Notes: generated from the letters alone by a model not told the origin. 64,000 nucleotides of DNA from Leptospira sp. (GCA_034439575.1 JAWXAQ010000022.1:1-64000); one strand, 5' to 3'. Positions 20,327 through 29,491 are shown, counted from the first letter of the stretch. Made by a program: numbers and translations.

Positions 20327-21202
20327 ATGTTAAATCAATTTTTTTCAAAACTCATCCTCTCTATGTTTGTTGTTTCATTTTTAATGACATCCTGTTCTAA
20401 CAAACGATTTAAAAAAATAACATATGAACCTATCAGTTATGCGAAACAAAGTGTTACTGTTAAAAAACTAGAAACCACAAACGCAAAGCTCCCAGATAAA
20501 CCAGCAATTTATGCGATTATAAATTCAACTGCAGGAGACCTTGTCATTGAACTTTATGCAGATGCTGCTCCCAAAACTGTACAAAATTTTATTGATCTTG
20601 CCCAAGGGGAAAAAGAATTCCAAACAGACAAGGGCCCAGAAAAACGCCCGTTCTATGATGGTTTAAAGTTCCACCGAGTGATCAAAGATTTTATGGCGCA
20701 AGGTGGTTGTCCTAGAGGAGACGGAACAGGTGGGCCTGGTTACAAATTTGATGATGAGATCAATGGTAAATCTTTAGGTCTCGATGGAATCAAAGTAAAG
20801 GATGCACCTCAATACCAAACCCAATTGCAGAGAATCGTATTTTCAGAATTTAACATCCAATCAAAACAAGATTTGGAAGCGAAAGGCCAAGAAGTAGAAG
20901 CAGCTTATATGGAAGCTTTAGAACTGCCTGTCTTAGAAGTGCTACATAGAGTGGGTTACCGCTTTAATGAAGTCATCACAAGTAAAACGCCTGTAAGGGG
21001 CTCACTTGCTATGGCAAATGCTGGACCCAATACAAACGGATCTCAGTTTTTTATCAATCAAATCGACAACATGCACCTAACAGGCATCCACACTGTATTT
21101 GGCCAATTGATCACTGGCTTTGAGGTTTTGGACAGGATCATAGAGAAGGGCAATTTACAAACAACAATTAAACATATTTCCATCATTGATAAACGACAAT
21201 GA
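20327..21202 (+). CDS. Cyclophilin-type peptidyl-prolyl isomerase, lipoprotein
   Basis: FHRVIKDFMAQGG and AMANAGPNTNGSQFFI motifs; MTSC lipobox. Confidence 0.92.
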   Translation: MLNQFFSKLILSMFVVSFLMTSCSNKRFKKITYEPISYAKQSVTVKKLETTNAKLPDKPAIYAIINSTAGDLVIELYADAAPKTVQNFIDLAQGEKEFQTDKGPEKRPFYDGLKFHRVIKDFMAQGGCPRGDGTGGPGYKFDDEINGKSLGLDGIKVKDAPQYQTQLQRIVFSEFNIQSKQDLEAKGQEVEAAYMEALELPVLEVLHRVGYRFNEVITSKTPVRGSLAMANAGPNTNGSQFFINQIDNMHLTGIHTVFGQLITGFEVLDRIIEKGNLQTTIKHISIIDKRQ

Positions 21203-21798
21203 ATTATTTAGAAGGAATAGAGACGATTCAAAAGTATACGGCAGGATCATCCGTTGATCCTGTGTTGACATTTATAAAAAATGTTCCTCATGATGAAGAA
21301 GGTTTTGCTCGTGCTCTAGATGAAGTTGGTGGAATACAAAGATATCCTGATACTTTTGTAGGCATGTTATCTTTTTTAAGTTTTATTTTAAGCCAGAAAA
21401 AGAAAGTTCATGATTTATATGAACAAGCTCTGGATCGATATGAAAATTTAAACCAAGTGACTTCGAAACGTAAACCGACAGAAGAAGAAGCCAAGATCAA
21501 AAAAACCATAACAGATTTTATACTAAAAATTGAGAAGGTATTTGAAATTCAGGATTTAACAGATGAAAGTCTAGTCAAAGAACTGAATCGTTTTGTTTCC
21601 GAAGCAAATCTCTATGGAATCACGGAAAGCGAAGTCAAAAATTTGAAATTATCTACAAAAACGATCGCTCTCATCGAATCCCATTTGGACAAACACCGTG
21701 AAAACTTTTACCAATACAAAAAATTGAAGTCCGTCATGGAAAGACTCATTCGCATTGCAGACTATATACTCAATGATGCGAAAAGAAAGGCATCATAG
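21199..21798 (+). CDS. Hypothetical helical protein
   Basis: 199-aa ORF with ATGA coupling to the upstream gene. Confidence 0.75.
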   Translation: MNYLEGIETIQKYTAGSSVDPVLTFIKNVPHDEEGFARALDEVGGIQRYPDTFVGMLSFLSFILSQKKKVHDLYEQALDRYENLNQVTSKRKPTEEEAKIKKTITDFILKIEKVFEIQDLTDESLVKELNRFVSEANLYGITESEVKNLKLSTKTIALIESHLDKHRENFYQYKKLKSVMERLIRIADYILNDAKRKAS

Positions 21799-21857
21799 CT
21801 ATTTATGTCTTAAAAAAAACATTTTTAAATTCCAAAATCTGCCGAAATAAAAAGTGT

Positions 21858-22844
21858 ATGCGTCTTGGAATTTGTCTCACCCTTACCCTCCTTTTATCGC
21901 AAGTAATGTATGCGGTACCAGATCGTGATGCTCGTGGCGAGAGGGTAGAAAATTTTACAGCCCTTCAATCGCGTATCAAAATTCAATTGCCTCAGCGCAA
22001 TTTTTTAGAAGGCGAAAGGATTCCATTACAATATTCGATCACAAATTCAGGAAAGGAAGTCGTCAGATTATTTCCAGCCGGTGATTATAGATATAGTTTT
22101 CAAATCATTATCAAAGATGAAGATGATCGTTTGGTTTCTCCTTTGGAAGATCCCGATTTTCAGGACCCCATCCTAAAAAGACGAAGCACTGTCCTCAATT
22201 TAGTCGGGGATGAAAATAAAGAAATCACTCTGCATCGGCATGAAACTTTTTCTAAATCCATTTACTTAGATGAACTCTATTCGTTTCAGCCTGGACATAA
22301 ATACTTTATCACTGGTTATTTTTACCCCAATTATACAGAAGATAAACAAAGCTTTTTAAGGTCTGAAAATACTGCTTCTTTTCTTTACCAGAAAAATAAA
22401 AGAGATAGGAATTTTTCGATATCTACACAAAACAATAGTGAGTTTGGACGCATCACACCCGAAGAAACCATCTTTTTATTCTTAGGTGCCGAGATGAAGA
22501 AAAATTGGGAATCTCATTTTAAGTGGATCGATTTTTCTGAATATATCTTGAATTACGATAGGTTCAGTGCTATTTTTGTGGATAGTCCTGTATCTGAAAG
22601 AGATTCTATCATAGAAGAATTCAAAGATTATTTAACGACCGCACCTTCGGGAGTTTTGAAATATTATAAAGTCCTTTCTGTTGATTATCCAAGTCAAAAT
22701 AATGCAAGAGTCCAAGTTTATGTGGAAAGAATGCAGGGAAGATTCAAAAGCAGATATGAGTATAGTTATTCCATGCAAAAAGATGACAAAAATCGAACAG
22801 AGTTTTGGCAAATTAAGAATCTATTGGTAAAGGTAAAAAAATGA
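21858..22844 (+). CDS. Conserved hypothetical exported protein upstream of fliM
   Basis: Signal peptide, 328 aa, ATGA overlap with fliM. Confidence 0.75.
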   Translation: MRLGICLTLTLLLSQVMYAVPDRDARGERVENFTALQSRIKIQLPQRNFLEGERIPLQYSITNSGKEVVRLFPAGDYRYSFQIIIKDEDDRLVSPLEDPDFQDPILKRRSTVLNLVGDENKEITLHRHETFSKSIYLDELYSFQPGHKYFITGYFYPNYTEDKQSFLRSENTASFLYQKNKRDRNFSISTQNNSEFGRITPEETIFLFLGAEMKKNWESHFKWIDFSEYILNYDRFSAIFVDSPVSERDSIIEEFKDYLTTAPSGVLKYYKVLSVDYPSQNNARVQVYVERMQGRFKSRYEYSYSMQKDDKNRTEFWQIKNLLVKVKK

Positions 22845-23866
22845 CAGAAATTCTATCACAAGACGAAATTGATGCTCTGTTAAATGCCATATCTTCTGGT
22901 GAAGTTTCTGAAGATGAATATTCATCTGTTGGTGAACAGAAAAAAGTAAAAATTTACGACTTCAAACGGCCAGATAAATTTTCAAAAGACCAAATTCGTA
23001 CATTACAGATGATGCATGAAACTTTTGCACGTTTGGCGACAACTGGTCTTTCGGCACAGCTACGAGCTTTAGTTGTTGTGCACGTAGCATCGGTTGACCA
23101 GTTGACTTACGAAGAATTCATCCGTTCCATTCCCAATCCCACAACACTTGCCGTGATCAATATGGACCCATTGCGCGGGTCTGCGATTTTGGAAATCGAT
23201 CCATCCATTTCCTTTACGATCATAGATCGTTTGTTTGGTGGTAAAGGTGAATCGTCTAAAGTAAATAGAGAATTGTCTGATATCGAGCTTTCCGTAATGG
23301 AAGGTATCATTGTTCGTATCCTTGGAAACTTGCGTGAGTCTTGGTCAACGGTAATTGACCTTCGCCCAAGGCTTGGAAACATTGAAACAAATCCTCAGTT
23401 CGCCCAAGTCGTTCCACCTAATGATATGGTGGTATTAATCACATTGGAAACAAAAGTAGGGGAAGTGGAAGGGATGACAAATCTCTGTATTCCCTATATC
23501 ACCATCGAACCGATCATCAACAAACTTTCTGCACAGTATTGGTATTCCTCGATTCGTAAAGGTGAAGTGGATGAAAACAGAGCGGTCATCCAAGAGCGAT
23601 TGGACCAGGTGAAAATCCCCCTTATCTCTGAAGTGGGAAGTGTAGACATCAGTTTGAATGATCTAATGAATTTACAAATGGGTGATGTCATCAAATTAGA
23701 AAATACACCGATTAAGTCTGATTTGACAGTCAAGGTCGGAGACCGTGGAAAATTCAAAGCGACTCCTGGTAAAGTGGGAAATCGTCTTGCGATCCAAATT
23801 GGTGACTCCATAGAAGATATACCAGATGAACTTCTTGGATCTACTCGTTCCGAACAAGAATATTAA
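22841..23866 (+). CDS. fliM: Flagellar motor switch protein FliM
   Basis: LSQDEIDALL, YDFKRPDKFSK and ETNPQFAQ motifs; C-terminal SpoA domain. Confidence 0.97.
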   Translation: MTEILSQDEIDALLNAISSGEVSEDEYSSVGEQKKVKIYDFKRPDKFSKDQIRTLQMMHETFARLATTGLSAQLRALVVVHVASVDQLTYEEFIRSIPNPTTLAVINMDPLRGSAILEIDPSISFTIIDRLFGGKGESSKVNRELSDIELSVMEGIIVRILGNLRESWSTVIDLRPRLGNIETNPQFAQVVPPNDMVVLITLETKVGEVEGMTNLCIPYITIEPIINKLSAQYWYSSIRKGEVDENRAVIQERLDQVKIPLISEVGSVDISLNDLMNLQMGDVIKLENTPIKSDLTVKVGDRGKFKATPGKVGNRLAIQIGDSIEDIPDELLGSTRSEQEY

Positions 23867-25190
23867 ATTCAGTTTTAATTTCTTGGTCAGAGTTTGGTTT
23901 TTCACGAGATTATTTGTCATTTTATTATTAATTTTTTTTGTCTCATCAGTTGAAGCGAAAAAAACTAAAATTAAACAAACAAGTGTTCGGCTTATCATTT
24001 TATCCATTGATGGATTCCCTGGGTATTATTTTGAATCTCCAGAAATTTTAGATCAGATTCCACATATCAAAGAATTTTCTCAAAAATCTTCATTTTCATC
24101 TACTGTTGATTCAGTGGATCCTTCTGTCACGTATCCTTCGCATACTTCAATGATAACAGGCGTTAATCCTGGTGTTCATGGAATTTTTAACAATACCCCA
24201 CTTGACCCTTTTGAATTCAATGATGGAGGTTGGATGTGGTATTCAGAAGATATCAAAGTGCCTACTTTATGGGATTTAGCACAAAAACAAAAGAAAGTCA
24301 CAGCAAATGTTTTTTGGCCAGTGACTGTTGGTGCAACGATTGATTATAACTTACCACAATATTGGAGAAAAAAAATAACCGAGGATAACAAAATCTTACG
24401 GGCATTATCTACACCTGGTTTACATAGATTAGCTGAAAAGAGTGTGGGTGAGGTGTTAAGTGATACCACCAAAGATCAAATCAAATTTAAAACCGCCACT
24501 TGGTTATATCACAATTACAATCCTGATCTAATGTTTGTTTATACAACTGATTTGGATTCTTATCACCATGCATATGGTCCTCATTCAGAAAAAGCCATTG
24601 AGAAATTAAAAGAGATAGATGCTTCTTTTGGTGAATTTATTAAAAATATAAAATTGTATGAAGATAAAAAGATCGCTCTCATTTTAATCTCTGATCATGG
24701 TTTCGCCTCTGCTACAAAAACCTGTTCACCTAATTTGTATTTATTGAAAGAGGGATTTATTCAAGCCGAAACCCATACTTTTGATTTTATATTTAAAAGT
24801 TCAGGAGGTTCGGCTCTTTTATTACCCGGAAAGAGACAACCGACGGATGCCGAAATTAATAAAATCAAATTGGATTTAGAATCACTTTGTCCTGGAATCC
24901 AAATGGATACCTTGATCACAAATATTGATTTGAAAGCCCAACACCCTGAAGCAATTGCATGGATTTATTCCAAAGAAGGTATTTATTTCTCAGGGTCTAG
25001 GAAAGGGGAAATATTTTCAGAAAATAAATCTTTGTTATATGGCCATGGTTTTAATAAAAGTGATCTCAGGATGAAAACCATTGGTGGATTTTATTGGAAA
25101 GGTATGCGAGATAAAGAAGCTTGGAAAATACATTCTGTAAAAGATGTATTTAACCTTTCCTGTAATTTATTAAATTTAGAATGTAACTAA
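23826..25190 (+). CDS. Alkaline phosphatase superfamily nucleotide pyrophosphatase/phosphodiesterase
   Basis: LSIDG, SVTYPSHTSMITG, DSYHHAYG and SDHG motifs; the real start is probably later (e.g. TTG 23883). Confidence 0.88.
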   Translation: MNFLDLLVPNKNIKFSFNFLVRVWFFTRLFVILLLIFFVSSVEAKKTKIKQTSVRLIILSIDGFPGYYFESPEILDQIPHIKEFSQKSSFSSTVDSVDPSVTYPSHTSMITGVNPGVHGIFNNTPLDPFEFNDGGWMWYSEDIKVPTLWDLAQKQKKVTANVFWPVTVGATIDYNLPQYWRKKITEDNKILRALSTPGLHRLAEKSVGEVLSDTTKDQIKFKTATWLYHNYNPDLMFVYTTDLDSYHHAYGPHSEKAIEKLKEIDASFGEFIKNIKLYEDKKIALILISDHGFASATKTCSPNLYLLKEGFIQAETHTFDFIFKSSGGSALLLPGKRQPTDAEINKIKLDLESLCPGIQMDTLITNIDLKAQHPEAIAWIYSKEGIYFSGSRKGEIFSENKSLLYGHGFNKSDLRMKTIGGFYWKGMRDKEAWKIHSVKDVFNLSCNLLNLECN

Positions 25191-25191
25191 A

Positions 25192-25407
25192 TTATTTTTT
25201 CCAGTGGATACATTCACCAGGACATTCATCCATTTCTTTTTGTACTTTTTTCTCATCTTCCTCAGGAATTAGGGCATCATTTATCGCATCGCCATTAATA
25301 TGCGTTTGTGAAAGATCTTCTTCATCCATCATAAAGTATTTCGGGAAGTTATCGGCACACTGGTTGCAAGATGTGCAATTGTCTTTGTCTACGTATGCTT
25401 TTTTCAA
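25192..25407 (-). CDS. Ferredoxin (single Fe-S cluster)
   Basis: CTSCNQC...ECPGECI. Confidence 0.88.
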   Translation of the reverse strand: MKKAYVDKDNCTSCNQCADNFPKYFMMDEEDLSQTHINGDAINDALIPEEDEKKVQKEMDECPGECIHWKK

Positions 25408-25670
25408 GATTTTTCCTCTACTGATTCTTTAAATATTTTATAATACAAAATTGTACAAACAAAAACAAATGTGACCGCATTTGCCAAAATGATAGGTAGG
25501 TTGGATAGGCTAATTCCATAACTTAACCATAGAAATACGCCTATACCTTGTAAAATATACATGTTTCTGGATATATCGCGTGTTTGGCGAGTAAGAATAA
25601 CGCGCATAACTTGAGGTAAGTATGATAAAGTAGTCAAAATGGCCGCAATATAGCCTATCAATATTTCCAT
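25404..25670 (-). CDS. SemiSWEET (PQ-loop) transporter
   Basis: Three TM helices; LPQV, TRDIS, WLSYG and PIILAN motifs. Confidence 0.9.
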   Translation of the reverse strand: MEILIGYIAAILTTLSYLPQVMRVILTRQTRDISRNMYILQGIGVFLWLSYGISLSNLPIILANAVTFVFVCTILYYKIFKESVEEKS

Positions 25671-25673
25671 AGT

Positions 25674-26075
25674 TTAGGCTCTGTATTCTCGCTTAACAAC
25701 TGTCTTAACACCACCCCGTACATTATAGTCACCGACGACTTTTAAATAGAATGGATCCACCGCAGTGACCAAATCTTCAAGGACTTTATTTACGACATTC
25801 TCGTGGAAAATGCCTACATTGCGGAAAGATAGGAAGTACTCTTTTAGAGATTTGAGTTCTATGCAACGTGTCCTTGGTGCATATTCAATAAAAATCGATC
25901 CAAAGTCAGGTAGCCCCGTTTTTGGGCAAACTGCCGTAAATTCTGGTATAGTGAACTCTATCGTATATTCGCGCCCAGCGTAAACATTATCAAACCACTC
26001 TATCTCAGGGGTTTTCCAGGCAGGGATATGGTCTTGTTTGTCTTCGTATAAAGATTCCGATTTTTTTTCCGACAT
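25674..26075 (-). CDS. queF: 7-cyano-7-deazaguanine reductase (preQ1 synthase)
   Basis: PEFTAVCPKTGLPDF, ELKSLKEY, FHE and RGG motifs. Confidence 0.95.
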   Translation of the reverse strand: MSEKKSESLYEDKQDHIPAWKTPEIEWFDNVYAGREYTIEFTIPEFTAVCPKTGLPDFGSIFIEYAPRTRCIELKSLKEYFLSFRNVGIFHENVVNKVLEDLVTAVDPFYLKVVGDYNVRGGVKTVVKREYRA

Positions 26076-26117
26076 TTGTTTACCCTGGTATTTGCAAAAT
26101 TATTTTGGAATCATCCC

Positions 26118-27929
26118 ATGAAAAGTGATAAAAAAATAGCCGTCATCGATTTTGGAGGCCAATACGCTCATCTGATTGCCTCACGAGTAAGAAGGCTCGG
26201 TGCCTATACTGAGATTTTAAGCAATGAAGAATCCTTTGAAACATACAACTCTTATGCGGGCATCATTCTTTCCGGTGGCCCATCTAGTGTGTATGAAAAA
26301 AATGCACCCAGTTTACCGAATCATTTTTTAGATCTTAAAATCCCAATTTTAGGTATTTGTTATGGCCACCAATTATTAATGCAAAAATTGGGAGGGGAAG
26401 TTATTTCCTCACATAACAAAGAATATGGTCCTGCTGAATTACATTTATTAGAAAATAAAGAATCAAAATTAACAAAAGGTATGACAAAAAGAACTATGGT
26501 TTGGATGAGCCATGGTGATGAAGTCACAAAACTCCCTTTAGGTTTTGTGGCAATAGGTAAATCCCATGATTGTGCATATGCCTTCGTGTCCAATGAAGAA
26601 GAAAATCGATTTGGTATACAATTCCATCCTGAAGTGACTCATACAGAAGAAGGAGAAAAACTTTTATCCAACTTTATTCAGTTATGTGGTGTGTCCAATA
26701 CTTGGAATATCGAAGCTTTTTTAGAAAAGGAAATTGATTTTTTAAGAAAAAAAGTTCCTGAAGGGAAAAATGTTTTTTTACTCGTATCAGGAGGAGTGGA
26801 TTCTTCTGTAGCCTATTTATTACTCGCAAAAGCACTTGGTAAAGATAGGGTTAAAGGTTTGTTAGTCGATACAGGCTTTATGCGTAAAAATGAAGTCAAA
26901 GATCTAAAAGAAAATTTAGATAAAATGGGCTTTGATTTAACTGTTTGGGATGCAAGTAAGGAGTTTTATTCGGAGCTAAGAGAAAAAACTGAACCAGAAG
27001 AAAAAAGAAAAGTCGTAGGTGATCTATTTTTATCAGAACAAGCAAAGGCTGTTTTGTCTATGAACTTAGATTCTAAACATTGGATCCTTGGCCAAGGAAC
27101 AATCTATCCTGATACCATCGAATCGGGTGGCACTAAACATTCACATAAAATTAAAACGCACCACAACAGAGTGCCTGCCATTCAGAAATTGATAGAAGAG
27201 GGCAATATCGTCGAACCGATCGTAGATCTTTATAAAGATGAAGTCAGAGATCTTGGCAAAATGCTTGGGCTTCCTTCTATTTGGATCAGCCGCCATCCTT
27301 TTCCAGGTCCAGGCCTTGTGGTTCGCATGATTGCCTCCAAGGAAAATCAAGCGATGGAAGTTCTGCCAAAATTGAAATCTCTATTATTAAAATCAGGCAC
27401 TTCGCTTTTCTGTGGTATCCTACCGATCCAATCCGTGGGTGTCCAAGGCGACCAAAGAAGTTATGCCCATGCCGCCGTACTTAGCGATGATGGTATCTCT
27501 TGGAAAGAATTGGATAAAATTTCGATTCAAATTACAAATAGCATCAAAGAGCTAAACCGAGTCGTGTTTATGCCAGGCGTTAAAGAAATACCCAATTCAT
27601 TTCATTACACTCAGGTGAAATTGGACAAAGAACATGCAGATTTACTTCGTGAAGCGGATTCCATAGTCAATCGCATTCTTTATGAAGAGAACATCCAAAA
27701 AGATATTTGGCAAATGCCAGTGGTATTGATTCCTGTGGGGCTAATTCCAAATACGTATGGAATCGTTCTTCGACCTGTTGAATCGCAAGAAGCAATGACG
27801 GCCAATTTTTATGAAATGGATAGAAAAATTCTCACTCGCATAACAAAAGAGCTATGCGATATTCCAAAAATCTCCGCGGTTTTTTATGACCTGACGCATA
27901 AACCACCGGGAACCATAGAGTGGGAATAA
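26118..27929 (+). CDS. guaA: GMP synthase (glutamine-hydrolysing)
   Basis: DFGGQY, GICYGHQ, QFHPEV, SGGVDS, HPFPGPGL and KPPGTIEWE motifs; ATG 26118. Confidence 0.97.
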   Translation: MKSDKKIAVIDFGGQYAHLIASRVRRLGAYTEILSNEESFETYNSYAGIILSGGPSSVYEKNAPSLPNHFLDLKIPILGICYGHQLLMQKLGGEVISSHNKEYGPAELHLLENKESKLTKGMTKRTMVWMSHGDEVTKLPLGFVAIGKSHDCAYAFVSNEEENRFGIQFHPEVTHTEEGEKLLSNFIQLCGVSNTWNIEAFLEKEIDFLRKKVPEGKNVFLLVSGGVDSSVAYLLLAKALGKDRVKGLLVDTGFMRKNEVKDLKENLDKMGFDLTVWDASKEFYSELREKTEPEEKRKVVGDLFLSEQAKAVLSMNLDSKHWILGQGTIYPDTIESGGTKHSHKIKTHHNRVPAIQKLIEEGNIVEPIVDLYKDEVRDLGKMLGLPSIWISRHPFPGPGLVVRMIASKENQAMEVLPKLKSLLLKSGTSLFCGILPIQSVGVQGDQRSYAHAAVLSDDGISWKELDKISIQITNSIKELNRVVFMPGVKEIPNSFHYTQVKLDKEHADLLREADSIVNRILYEENIQKDIWQMPVVLIPVGLIPNTYGIVLRPVESQEAMTANFYEMDRKILTRITKELCDIPKISAVFYDLTHKPPGTIEWE

Positions 27930-27930
27930 T

Positions 27931-28338
27931 TTAAGGCAGTAAAAAGTATAAAAGAACCATTCCACCCATTGCCATTTCTGGAAATCGTCGTTCCAAAAAG
28001 GATTTGGGAGCTTCTTCTTTTTTTTCCGTCCCTTGACTAACAGTAGTTTCATGTTGTACAGGTGCTGGACTTGATGAGAATAACTTCTTAAAGAAGCCTG
28101 GTTTCTCTTCTGGCTTTATTTCACCCCAAGTAACTGCTGATGGAACAATTGTAATTTGACTAGTTTTTAATACTTGTTTGGTTCCATCTTTTGCTTCTAT
28201 TGTTGTTTCCGTTGGGCTAGTCGCAGTAGTCTTAACGTCTTCAATATTTGTTTTTGTTTTTTTAATTGTGACTGTGTCCGCCAAAACATTTCCAACGAAG
28301 AGAAAAATTATAAAAATAAATGTTACTAATTTCATCAT
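27931..28338 (-). CDS. Hypothetical exported protein with a C-terminal membrane anchor
   Basis: Signal peptide (VLA-D), Thr/Lys-rich body, hydrophobic C-terminus. Confidence 0.7.
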   Translation of the reverse strand: MMKLVTFIFIIFLFVGNVLADTVTIKKTKTNIEDVKTTATSPTETTIEAKDGTKQVLKTSQITIVPSAVTWGEIKPEEKPGFFKKLFSSSPAPVQHETTVSQGTEKKEEAPKSFLERRFPEMAMGGMVLLYFLLP

Positions 28339-28429
28339 AAATGAAGGGAAAAATTTACCTTGGTAAGTTCCAATGAGTTTCTTATCTTTCTTTGTTACAA
28401 ACTGGTTAAAATGTGAAACTTAAATCCAT

Positions 28430-28457
28430 TTGACACTAGGGTCCGCAATTTTAGCCT
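28430..28457 (+). promoter_or_regulatory. Sigma70 promoter for tRNA-Cys
   Basis: TTGACA-N16-TAGCCT, 16 nt before the tRNA. Confidence 0.6.
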
Positions 28458-28473
28458 ATCCAAAGTCCTATAG

Positions 28474-28547
<74 letters not shown>

Positions 28548-28606
28548 TGAGATTTGTTTTCCCTTGACGTAAGCGGACTTCAAAAAATCATAACCTATAG
28601 CATTTT

Positions 28607-28690
28607 GCCTGGATGGTGGAATTGGTAGACACACAGGACTTAAAATCCTGTGGGAGTAATCCCGTGCGGGTTCGATTCCCGCTCCAGGTA
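28607..28690 (+). tRNA. tRNA-Leu(TAA)
   Basis: GCCTGGA/TCCAGGT acceptor stem, CAGGA-CTTAAAA-TCCTG anticodon arm, long variable arm; CCA not encoded. Confidence 0.97.
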
Positions 28691-28691
28691 T

Positions 28692-28843
28692 GGAACCCTA
28701 ACGACTGCGAGTATCAGAAATGCTAGCGACCCATAGAGAGCGTAAGCATTTCTCTTCGGACAGGATTCCGAAGCAACGAGCAGGACGGGCGAAAACTAAA
28801 AGCCAGCAAGTAAGTTAGTTTGAGCAATTCCCGTTTCAGGAAT
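28692..28843 (+). repeat. tRNA-linked hairpin cassette ending in a degenerate copy of the tRNA-Leu 3' end
   Basis: IRs AGAAATGCT/AGCATTTCT, CTTCGGA/TCCGAAG and AAACTAA/TTAGTTT; 28827-28843 matches 28675-28691 at 14 of 17 positions. Confidence 0.65.
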
Positions 28844-28996
28844 CATTCCAAATGACCGCTTCAGAATTTTCTCTAAATTTTATTCCTTTAACCTAATTCC
28901 CAAAAATCAAAATTCTCGTAACCAGTAGGGATCATCTGCATTTCTCTGCACTCATCCTCTTCGAGTCAATTCCATAATTCGTCCTCTAATGTATTC

Positions 28997-29491
28997 TTGG
29001 GCACCTCGGATGTGTTATATGGACATACATTTAGTTCGCTGACCCGATCCCGCTCTCCGCTTCAATCGTGCAATCCTTGTTCCCATCTCGGGGCTGTCTC
29101 ACCTCCGTGTTCGAATGCCCCGTTACGCCCATCCCTGGGCTTCACCACCGATGGAAACAAGGTTTGCTTGTCCTGGGAAAGTTCGAATACGATAATCTAT
29201 ACTAATACTTTGGGCACCTCGGATATGTTATATGGACATACATTTAGTTCGGTGACTCGATCCCGCTCTCCGCTTCAATCGTGCAAACCTTGTTCCCATC
29301 TCCCTTCCCTCTCACCTCCGTGCTCGAAGGAAGGACTTCGACATCCATGTCTCCGTTACCGATGGAAACAAGGTTTGTTTGTCCTGGGAAAGATCGAATA
29401 CGATAATCTATACTAATACTTTAGGCACCTCGGATGTGTTATATGAAAATACATTTAGTTCGGTGACACGATCCCGCTCTCCGCTTCAATC
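28997..29491. repeat. Tandem array of ~212-bp structured units (two full, one partial)
   Basis: Units start at 28997, 29210 and 29421 (periods 213 and 211); near-identical flanks; internal 18-bp IR enclosing covarying hairpins. Confidence 0.92.

Noticed and set aside
26076-26117. preQ1 riboswitch upstream of queF
   Set aside because: Only 42 bp between divergent starts and no matching aptamer motif.
28997-29416. 139-aa ORF across the repeat
   Set aside because: TTG start without an RBS. The frame survives only because unit 1 is 213 bp and shifts in unit 2. Substitutions follow base pairing, not codons.
28997-29491. CRISPR array interpretation of the tandem repeat
   Set aside because: The constant parts are ~150 bp, the variable cores are homologous to each other with covarying stems, and there are no cas genes in the window.
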